Below are positions 9,011 to 15,714 of a stretch of 32,000 nucleotides of DNA, piece by piece. Positions within the stretch are counted from its first letter, which is position 1, and each line of letters opens with the position of its first letter. The notes under the pieces were generated by a model. The model saw only the letters and a list, made by a program, of their open reading frames with translations, made no database searches and was not told where the DNA came from. Both the position numbers and the translations under genes were made by a program. This DNA comes from Polynucleobacter hirudinilacicola. GTDB taxonomy: Bacteria > Pseudomonadota > Gammaproteobacteria > Burkholderiales > Burkholderiaceae. Location: positions 841,201 to 873,200 of the forward strand of contig NZ_NAIA01000003.1 in NCBI RefSeq assembly GCF_002192535.1, read 5' to 3'.

Positions 9011-9577
9011 CTCTACAGCTTTACGCTTCATATCATCATTTACATCAATGTAGCACTGGGTGGTGCTGATACTTTTATGACCAGCCAAACTTGCTAACAC
9101 ACGCACGCTGATACCCTTGTTGGCAAGATTAGTTATGAAGGTTCTGCGCCCACTGTGTGAGCTTGCACCATCTACACCACTGCGCTTGTAGAGATAATGG
9201 AAAAACTGGGTAAGTGTATTTGCAGTAAATCCATCACTATTTGCCTTTTGACTATAAAAGAACTTGCAGTTGATATTTTTAGGCGTGTATATGGCTGCGT
9301 AAGCCTCTAATTCTTTTCTTAGTTTTTCATTTACAAATACTGTTCTTGCTTCATTTGTCTTGGTGTTTTCAGCCAATAAGCGTATTTCGTTTCTTATCAT
9401 GCCTTCTGCATCCACAACATCCTTAAATCGTAAACTACTTACTTCTCCCACACGCATGCCACTCAAGTAAGTGGTCAAAAGCAATGCCCTATTGCGTGTG
9501 CTGTGTTTGCGTGTAGCTATGTAATCTAAAACTCTGCGTAGCTCTGTTTGAGTAAGCGTTTTTGCTTGTTTAGCCAT
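9002..9577 (-). CDS. Short (about 191 aa) tyrosine recombinase, catalytic domain only, FimB/FimE-sized
   Basis: RNRALLLTTYLSGMRVGEVSSLR (catalytic Arg), HSGRRTF (H-x-x-R), GHKSISTTQCYIDV (His...Tyr). The start is probably MAKQAK at 9577 (AGGAAAAAACACA-ATG). The track's 9667 start adds 30 unconvincing residues. Confidence 0.85.
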   Translation of the reverse strand: MAKQAKTLTQTELRRVLDYIATRKHSTRNRALLLTTYLSGMRVGEVSSLRFKDVVDAEGMIRNEIRLLAENTKTNEARTVFVNEKLRKELEAYAAIYTPKNINCKFFYSQKANSDGFTANTLTQFFHYLYKRSGVDGASSHSGRRTFITNLANKGISVRVLASLAGHKSISTTQCYIDVNDDMKRKAVELA

Positions 9578-9897
9578 TGTGTTTTTTCCTAAATATAACT
9601 TTGCAATAGCTAAATTGTGTTTTATTTGTTTGTTTTCTACGACCTCTTTATGCCAAAAATGTGTCAAATTTAAATCCTTCCAAGAATCAATGGGTTACGC
9701 ATGGGAACCATGGTTTTAAGGAACAAACCAAAGGTTTTGCATATTTCCTTACATATTGCTATTTATGGAATCTGTGGGATTTAGACTACAGAATTACGCA
9801 GACTTGCGTAAAAGCACTACACGCTGTTTAAGCGTGTCTCTGCTGTATTGCTATTAGTTGTAGTGATTTAAGCGTTTGTAGTGTGTTTATTTAAGCT

Positions 9898-10395
9898 TTA
9901 TTTACAAGCTTCTGAGAAAGATGTTGTAGTTTGATTCCAATTATTAGCTTTTGTAAGTTCAAGCTTTGTAATTGAGGAGCTTCCATTATCAAGCAAGCTT
10001 AATGCTTGTTGAGAACATAAATCTTGTTTCGTGTTAATCACAAATTTGTAATAGCAAATACTGTTGCTATAAGTTTGCTCGTATTTAATATTTTTGCTTC
10101 CTAAAAAATTTAATAGTGGTTTTACATAATCAATTGTTTTGCACAAAGCTGGGTTATCAGTGCTCCTTATTGCGAAATCATAATTAATGCCATACGCAGT
10201 TCTTACTATTGTTGTGTGATTTTTAGGGTCTTCTCCTAAACATTTTTTATCTGGAATTCTAGTATCACCCAATATTGCACAATATGCCTCATCTTGTGGC
10301 TTACCAGAAACTGACAATCTTTTGTTCTGTTGGGAAATTGCATTTGTGGCAAATATTGACAAACCAATTATTAGAAACATTTTGCAATAATTCAT
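9898..10395 (-). CDS. Secreted Cys-containing hypothetical protein
   Basis: N-terminal signal peptide MNYCKMFLIIGLSIFATNAISQ with six Cys in the mature part. SD GGAGA before the ATG. No family recognised. Confidence 0.6.
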   Translation of the reverse strand: MNYCKMFLIIGLSIFATNAISQQNKRLSVSGKPQDEAYCAILGDTRIPDKKCLGEDPKNHTTIVRTAYGINYDFAIRSTDNPALCKTIDYVKPLLNFLGSKNIKYEQTYSNSICYYKFVINTKQDLCSQQALSLLDNGSSSITKLELTKANNWNQTTTSFSEACK

Positions 10396-10566
10396 TTTTA
10401 TCTCCTAGGCAATATGACATTAAGATTAGCATAGTTATATTTTTTAATATAGTTTTACATACATTTGTTGAAGTTAGCTACGCTAACTTGTGCTTTCATA
10501 AAAGCTAACGCTTTTATTCAGCACTTTCTTTTAATGATTTTTTAGATCATCTTTACTAGGAAGCAC

Positions 10567-10600
10567 AAGCCACGCTTCTTTTATCAAGCGTGGCTTTTAG
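10567..10600 (+). terminator. Orphan 11-bp-stem hairpin with a short T-run
   Basis: AAGCCACGCTT-cttttatc-AAGCGTGGCTT followed by TTAG. It lies in an ORF-free region with no upstream plus-strand gene. Confidence 0.3.
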
Positions 10601-11107
10601 CTAATCACCTTTACTGAGGTTTTAACAACTGGCAACACACAACTTGATTTAACAAGAAAGGTAGGTTTTGCTATCACCTTTTAAGTGCTCGTCTAACGCA
10701 ACACTTCCACAGCCTTGCGCAGTAGCTTTATGGAGTGTTTGTGGGTTCATTGGTGGCAGTCCCACTCACTTTATTCGTGTATTACTACACTACTAACCAT
10801 TACAGTATTGCAAACGCTTCTACACAGTGGTGTGGCATTTAAGGCATCTAGCATCTAGCTAGTTAGTGCAATACAGCGAGTAATGAGCAACCCAATTGCA
10901 TACTGTCACACATCAGAACAGATTACGCAGCACTATTACATTCAGCGTGCCAACTTTTATATCTCATTTGTATAGTTATTTATGCAAGACCAAATAAAGC
11001 CAACTATTTTTAAGTGAAATATTAGGTTTTTGCTGGCAAATAGAGGTCGTCCAAACACCTACTCTGGTAATAAATTTAATGTGCCCATTAACTTTAAGGA
11101 GAACAAA

Positions 11108-11554
11108 ATGAGCGCATTAAATTCACTCAAACTAGTGACTAGCAAGAAGCATCAAACTGTTGCACCTATTGTTCATCGTCGTAACAAGCTATGTGCCAAG
11201 CTACATGAGCAATTGGAATTATGTGAAGCACAACAAGCTGGAAAAACTTATGCTCCTACACGCTTAAAAACATTTGTTAATAAGCAAACTGGTGAGCGTA
11301 TTACTGCTGAAACAATTAAGCGTGTGAAGGAGTGGTTTTGGATTGGTGATACTGGGAAAATCAATCTTGCTGTCAAATATGGTGCCAAAACATTGACCTT
11401 GAACAAAAAGACCAAGGCCAATGCCATTGAATTAAACAGTGGTGAAGAGCTTATCAATACACTTAAATCATTAAAAGTTGCTGTTTTAAATGGTGACTTA
11501 GATGAAGCAATTAGTGAGGTTAGTGAAGCTACGAGAATAGCATTTATAAAATAA
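11108..11554 (+). CDS. Hypothetical 148-aa protein (reminiscent of DUF6641-type island proteins)
   Basis: AAGGAG lies 6 nt before ATG 11108; the track's 11030 start has no SD. The pattern SLKLVTSKKH...VHRRNKL...EWFW resembles conserved hypotheticals from proteobacterial islands. That comparison is from memory only. Confidence 0.65.
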   Translation: MSALNSLKLVTSKKHQTVAPIVHRRNKLCAKLHEQLELCEAQQAGKTYAPTRLKTFVNKQTGERITAETIKRVKEWFWIGDTGKINLAVKYGAKTLTLNKKTKANAIELNSGEELINTLKSLKVAVLNGDLDEAISEVSEATRIAFIK

Positions 11555-11585
11555 AACAAGCCCCCTTACCTAAGGGGCTTGTTTT
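11553..11585. terminator. Bidirectional intrinsic terminator
   Basis: AAAACAAGCCCC-cttacctaa-GGGGCTTGTTTT is a perfect 12-bp stem with A/T tails on both sides. It lies between convergent genes ending at 11554 (+) and 11591 (-). Confidence 0.8.
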
Positions 11586-11590
11586 AATAC

Positions 11591-11995
11591 TTAAGGACAA
11601 GCTCTAAAGGAGCAATTATCAAATTTCAATCTACCACCATCTGCTGAAGTTAAAGTTCCAGTCCAAAGCCAACAACTTCTTCCAATATCAGATACAGCCA
11701 ATCTCTGTTGTTGGTCAGTAAAGCTACAAATGGCTCTTCCATTTTCAATACTAACAATGGTGGCATTCCCTTCTGTAGTTCTGCCAGTAATTTGACCCAT
11801 GAACTCAAAACGCTTATTCAAATGCGTTATTGCCAATTTATCTGCTGTTGTCTTTCCAAAAATTAAATCTGAAAGTATGTTTTCTTGACCCGTAATTACC
11901 TCTACTTTTTTAGATGCATTGATTGAATTATCGCCACACGAAATTAAAAGCATGGAGAATGTTGTCACAAAAAGTAATGTGATAATTTTTTTCAT
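11591..11995 (-). CDS. Lipoprotein, unknown function
   Basis: Signal peptide with lipobox MKKIITLLFVTTFSMLLISC-GD. Confidence 0.75.
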   Translation of the reverse strand: MKKIITLLFVTTFSMLLISCGDNSINASKKVEVITGQENILSDLIFGKTTADKLAITHLNKRFEFMGQITGRTTEGNATIVSIENGRAICSFTDQQQRLAVSDIGRSCWLWTGTLTSADGGRLKFDNCSFRACP

Positions 11996-12377
11996 TTCTA
12001 CCCCTTTATTGAAGGAAATATATTTTAGCTAGCTTTATTTCAATTACATATAAATATTATCATGAAACAATTTCGTGCAACTGTTAGAGCAAGTGGGTTG
12101 GTGGTTACCACTATCGTATTTGCTGAAAACACCAACTTTGCAACCAAAATATTGCAAGCTCAATTTGGCTTGAATAATGTGATTAGCATTCCAACGCAAA
12201 TTTAATCGTGGTCATTAAAGAAATTACTAGCGTCAAGCCACTCACGCCACAGCAGTCTCGTATTGCTGCGTTAAAGACTCAAAAAGATAACATTAGTAAG
12301 CAGCTTAAAACAGAGCGTGATAGGCAAAAAATTACTAAGGCACAACAGCAGTTAGCTAAAGTTTATCAATCTACCAA

Positions 12378-12620
12378 TTAAGTTCTGATTCTGTATGGAA
12401 TCTGTAATAGCTCTTTTATTTGCTCAATAGTTTTTAATTCCAATCCTTGCTCTTTTCGTCTCTGGTTCACTTGTTCCAAAAACCATTGCTCTACTTCTAA
12501 AGTAGTCATTGACTTAAATTCATCATTATTTTTATTGTCCTCGTAGTGCTCTCTCAATACATTCCAGCCAAGGTTGTCAGCATATTGCTGAACCCACTCA
12601 TTGTTTTTTGGACTTGTCAT
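12378..12620 (-). CDS. Hypothetical 80-aa acidic protein
   Basis: ORF starts 2 nt after the stop of the upstream repeat-protein gene (TAATCATG), which suggests coupling. No recognisable motif. Confidence 0.5.
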   Translation of the reverse strand: MTSPKNNEWVQQYADNLGWNVLREHYEDNKNNDEFKSMTTLEVEQWFLEQVNQRRKEQGLELKTIEQIKELLQIPYRIRT

Positions 12621-12622
12621 GA

Positions 12623-12958
12623 TTACATTCCTCTTGGACTGCTTGGAAATAATGGGCTAGTTGGAAATGTTGGCGCTGATGGAGCATTCATTGGTGCTTG
12701 CTGAAACTGTAGTGGCTGAATGGGTTGTGGGGATTGTGCTGTGCCTACTGGCATCCCATTAGCATTTGAATAGTAAGTTGTGCTCCCACTTTGCTGGGCT
12801 GTCCCAATTGGCATGCCATTGGCATTTGAATAATAGGTAGTATTTCCACTTCTTTGTGCTGTGCCCATAGGCATCCCATTAGAGTCAGAATAGTAGGTGG
12901 TCTGTGAAAGTACTGGGGTTGCAATTAATAGCAATAGATACGCGAGATTCTTTTTGAT
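12623..12958 (-). CDS. Secreted protein with 3 x 20-aa tandem repeats and a Pro-rich tail; probable non-canonical ATC start
   Basis: Repeats TTYYS(D/N)(S/A)NGMP(M/I/V)GTAQ..G. occur three times. The track's TTG start (12934) truncates an obvious signal peptide, (I)KKNLAYLLLLIATPVLSQ. AAGGAG (12970..12965) sits 6 nt upstream of in-frame ATC 12958..12956. Confidence 0.6.
   Translation of the reverse strand: MKKNLAYLLLLIATPVLSQTTYYSDSNGMPMGTAQRSGNTTYYSNANGMPIGTAQQSGSTTYYSNANGMPVGTAQSPQPIQPLQFQQAPMNAPSAPTFPTSPLFPSSPRGM
12722..12901. repeat. Three imperfect 60-bp tandem repeats (coding)
   Basis: Units are aligned at 12741/12801/12861: gtgcctactggcatcccattagcatttgaatagta..., gtcccaattggcatgccattggcatttgaataata..., gtgcccataggcatcccattagagtcagaatagta... 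Confidence 0.85.
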
Positions 12959-13012
12959 ATCTTTCTCCTTGGTTATTAAATGCTATACCCTTTGAAGCTC
13001 ATGATGTGAGCT

Positions 13013-13483
13013 TTATTTTTTTATATTTGCCCACATTAAAACCTTACCAGCCTCTTCAATAGCTTTTTCTTGATTTAACCTATCCCCACTTGCCTCAAGT
13101 TCAACTGCAATATTTGCACCAATAGTGCTCACATTGGCTGTTACTTTGCCATTTCTAGTGGCAATCTTGTATTCCACAAAATAGCGTGGCACAAGCTCAG
13201 CATCTCTAAACTCAGTTTTGACCTTTTGAGAAATACCCTCTTCTACCACCCAATAGCCTTGCTTTAAGTCTTGGTGGCATCGCGCAACTAATTCTTTTAC
13301 TTTGGCGATGGCTTCTTTTTTGTCGTATTGCTTAAAGGCTGGCACTTCTTTAGTTAAATCCTCGTCAACCTTGAGTCTTAGGTGCACTTGTTCAAAAAAG
13401 CGCAGATCACTAACTCGCTTTGCTGCCAAGGCAATAGCTTGTCTAGCCCTACCTTCAAAGTAGTCTTGGACTAAATTACTCAT
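13013..13483 (-). CDS. Hypothetical 156-aa protein
   Basis: Clean ORF directly downstream of the integrase on the same strand. No motif recognised. Confidence 0.6.
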   Translation of the reverse strand: MSNLVQDYFEGRARQAIALAAKRVSDLRFFEQVHLRLKVDEDLTKEVPAFKQYDKKEAIAKVKELVARCHQDLKQGYWVVEEGISQKVKTEFRDAELVPRYFVEYKIATRNGKVTANVSTIGANIAVELEASGDRLNQEKAIEEAGKVLMWANIKK

Positions 13484-13525
13484 GAATTTGTAGTCGTAGG
13501 TAGATAGTTTGTCATTTATATTACC

Positions 13526-14893
13526 CTAGCTTGATTTGGGACTTTTGAGCAAGTGCTCTTCTAGTTCTTTGGCAGCATCTGGGTTTTGCTGCTCTAAGTT
13601 TAGATAAACGCCAGTAGCCAAACCAACCAAGCCAATCACATTGGCTTTTGCAATATTGGCAAAATTGACTGCTATCTCGCCACCATTAGCACTGCCTTGC
13701 TCTCCAGCCAATCGTTCAGCAATCATTAATGGATTAAGGTGGTTATAGTGGTCTTTGAGCATGCTGGCACTTGTACCCATCTGGGTTTCTAATTCTTCGT
13801 AGCTATAGCCCTCTAAGATACGTTGAGTAGCATAGTAATGACGTAGGCTATATAGGCTTCGCCCTTTGTCGTCCTTATTATTAGTCAGCATTTTTGCAGC
13901 ACGAATACCATCGCCAAAGACATTTACAAAGCTATAAGGTCTAATGCCATCTCGCATACGAAATAGGTAAGCATCCTCTCTTCTGGCAATCAATTCATCT
14001 AAGGTAATTTCTTGATACTCAACCTGTAGCGCTCTCAGCTTGTCTAGAATGTGCCAAATCTCATGGCGAGCTATTAGATTACGAGCCCCTATTTTTCCTT
14101 GTGGCAATGTGATATGAATAACACGAGTATTTTTCTGTTGCACAAACTCAATATGTTTCCACTTCAGCTCTTTTGTTTCTGTGCCTGGTCTTACACCAGT
14201 GCCAGCAACAAAAGCTACATACAAACAAAGCAATTCTCGCAAGTTACGAGTAGCCTCAGTTCTTCCCTCTAATGCCCATTTTTGTAAATAGGTTTGCAGT
14301 GCAGTTAATTCTGTATGTGTAAAAAATCCTCTGGCTTCTCCACTCTCACCAGTATTTTTCATGCTAGGCCGTAAAAACTCTGTCATATAACCAAGCTCAA
14401 TAGCTTCATTGAAGACTTTAGTAAGGGCTAGATTATGGGTGTGTTGAGTGCTTTGCTTTAGTTGTCTGCCTACCTTTGTAAGGCGCCACTGATGAAACTC
14501 TGCAATGATGGCTGGCGTAATTCTGTCTATATTGTGATTACCAAAAAATGGAATTAGGTATTGGTCAATTGCGCGATAGTAATCAGCGTATTTTGGTTTT
14601 CCAGTGCCAGCTTTGATTTCTGCTTTGTATTTTGCGCTCACTGTCATTGCAACAGCTTTGAACTTTTTACTAACAAGTGGGAAACCTCTTCGTTCTGATG
14701 CACGAATGTCAGCTGCCCAATCTTCAGCTGCTCTGGTTGCTTCTATTGCATCACCAGTGCCACTACTCTTTTTCAGCCACTTATTAATTGATTTGACTTT
14801 AAGATGAATTTGCCAATAGCTACTGCGTGCTCGCATTGTTATGTTGAGCTCTTTGCTTCGTATAACGATTGTTTTTGAAGACTTTTCTGGCAT
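13526..14893 (-). CDS. int: Tyrosine integrase (phage-integrase family), tRNA-adjacent
   Basis: 455 aa. Catalytic region YSLRHYYAT (H-x-x-R) and MLKDHYNHL (His/Tyr). Located 121 bp from the tRNA-Arg 3' end. Carries an unusual ~70-aa C-terminal tail with a hydrophobic stretch (ANVIGLVGLATGVYL). Confidence 0.9.
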   Translation of the reverse strand: MPEKSSKTIVIRSKELNITMRARSSYWQIHLKVKSINKWLKKSSGTGDAIEATRAAEDWAADIRASERRGFPLVSKKFKAVAMTVSAKYKAEIKAGTGKPKYADYYRAIDQYLIPFFGNHNIDRITPAIIAEFHQWRLTKVGRQLKQSTQHTHNLALTKVFNEAIELGYMTEFLRPSMKNTGESGEARGFFTHTELTALQTYLQKWALEGRTEATRNLRELLCLYVAFVAGTGVRPGTETKELKWKHIEFVQQKNTRVIHITLPQGKIGARNLIARHEIWHILDKLRALQVEYQEITLDELIARREDAYLFRMRDGIRPYSFVNVFGDGIRAAKMLTNNKDDKGRSLYSLRHYYATQRILEGYSYEELETQMGTSASMLKDHYNHLNPLMIAERLAGEQGSANGGEIAVNFANIAKANVIGLVGLATGVYLNLEQQNPDAAKELEEHLLKSPKSS

Positions 14894-14942
14894 GCAAAAG
14901 CTCAGTTTTTAAATTAGTTTTTAGTGTATAGCCTATAAACAA

Positions 14943-14963
14943 AGTGTGCAACCAGTGTGCAAC
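14943..14963. promoter_or_regulatory. Tandem 10-bp direct repeat AGTGTGCAAC-c-AGTGTGCAAC between int and tRNA-Arg
   Basis: Exact repeat with 11-bp phasing, 50-70 bp upstream of the int start. Candidate operator or arm-type site. Confidence 0.35.
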
Positions 14964-15014
14964 ACTTTTTGAAAATCCTTATTTTTTATAAGTCTATGTT
15001 TTATATAGTATTTT

Positions 15015-15091
<77 letters not shown>

Positions 15092-15127
15092 ATGTATGCT
15101 GGGTCTATCTAGAACAATAAGGGAAAG

Positions 15128-15204
15128 TGGTCGGAGTACAAGGATTCGAACCTTGGACCCCCTGCTCCCAAAGCAGGTGCGCTACCAGGCTGCGCTACAC
15201 TCCG
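15128..15204 (-). tRNA. tRNA-Pro (anticodon TGG)
   Basis: The reverse complement is CGGAGTGTAGCGCAGCCTGGTAGCGCACCTGCTTTGGGAGCAGGGGGTCCAAGGTTCGAATCCTTGTACTCCGACCA. It has the C1:G72 pair typical of bacterial tRNA-Pro, anticodon loop TT-TGG-GA and an encoded CCA. Confidence 0.9.
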
Positions 15205-15264
15205 ACGGAATAGATATTCTACACCGAGAGGGCTCTTTCGGGCAAATCCTGTAAGATTCGGGGC

Positions 15265-15633
15265 ATGGTTGCCTATTTTTCCAGCAAATATTTGAAGCGC
15301 TTTCAAACTGCTTTTTCAGTAGCTTTGCTCCTTTTTTGCCTTTTGGGAACCCACTGGGTTGGCTTTAGCCACAGCATTTCTCATGCTGGCTTACATAGCC
15401 AGAGTATTGAACAGTGCTCTGCTGATGATTCTGTTGCTGGTCTTACCCATAGCTCGGATGCGTGCCATTTATTTGATGCGCTGACATTAGCTGGATTCGT
15501 ACCAGTTGGCGATTCTGATGTAGTTCGTCATTCTGCTCATGCCCCTGCGAAGATTGCTTCAGTAGATCTAGTTCTCATTGAATCTACTACTGCCTCCTAT
15601 CAATCGCGCGCTCCCCCTGCTTTCATTCTGTAA
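15265..15633 (+). CDS. DUF2946-like small membrane protein
   Basis: N-terminal TM segment followed by SHSISHAG, EQCS, DACHLFDAL and a C-terminal SRAPPA. This matches the pattern I recall for DUF2946 proteins encoded upstream of TonB-dependent metal receptors in Burkholderiales. Confidence 0.55.
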   Translation: MVAYFSSKYLKRFQTAFSVALLLFCLLGTHWVGFSHSISHAGLHSQSIEQCSADDSVAGLTHSSDACHLFDALTLAGFVPVGDSDVVRHSAHAPAKIASVDLVLIESTTASYQSRAPPAFIL

Positions 15634-15714
15634 TCGTTATAGCTGCCTGGGTCTTTCCTAGGCTTTCGATTTAAGCAACATCTCATCGATGTTGTATGGA
15701 CTGAGAGGTACTCA

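Larger units (their letters stand above)
1..15014. mobile_element. tRNA-Arg-associated genomic island, possibly two tandem or nested elements; left boundary not in window
   Basis: A tyrosine integrase (13526..14893) lies next to the 3' end of tRNA-Arg(TCT). A second recombinase is at 9002..9577. Cargo includes an R-M system and orphan genes. Composition is visibly more A+T-rich than the sequence right of the tRNAs. No second copy of the tRNA 3' end was found by eye, so the extent is open. Confidence 0.65.

Noticed and set aside
10730-10858. 42-codon plus-strand ORF (MECLWVHWWQSHSLYSC...) in the ORF-free region
   Set aside because: It has no SD and an odd Trp/His/Cys composition, and nothing distinguishes it from chance in A+T-rich DNA. 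I kept it only as part of the non-coding-gap observation.
11030-11107. Upstream TTG-type start (11030) for the 11108..11554 gene, and the antisense ORF 11248..11559
   Set aside because: A consensus AAGGAG sits directly before ATG 11108, and the 26 extra residues have no support. The antisense ORF is hydrophobic junk overlapping a plausible gene.
12995-13013. Hairpin AAGCTCA-tgatg-TGAGCTT at the end of the 156-aa gene, considered as its terminator
   Set aside because: The T-run follows the hairpin only on the plus strand, which has no gene there. On the coding (minus) strand it is followed by CAAAGGG, so it is not a convincing intrinsic terminator.
1-15014. Search for a direct repeat of the tRNA-Arg 3' end (attR/attL partner) inside the window
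   Set aside because: Only 7-mer chance matches were seen (for example CTGCCCA at about 7149), so no boundary call was made.
15109-15306. 65-aa minus-strand ORF
   Set aside because: It is the translation of the tRNA-Pro gene and its flanks. The tRNA cloverleaf explains the sequence.
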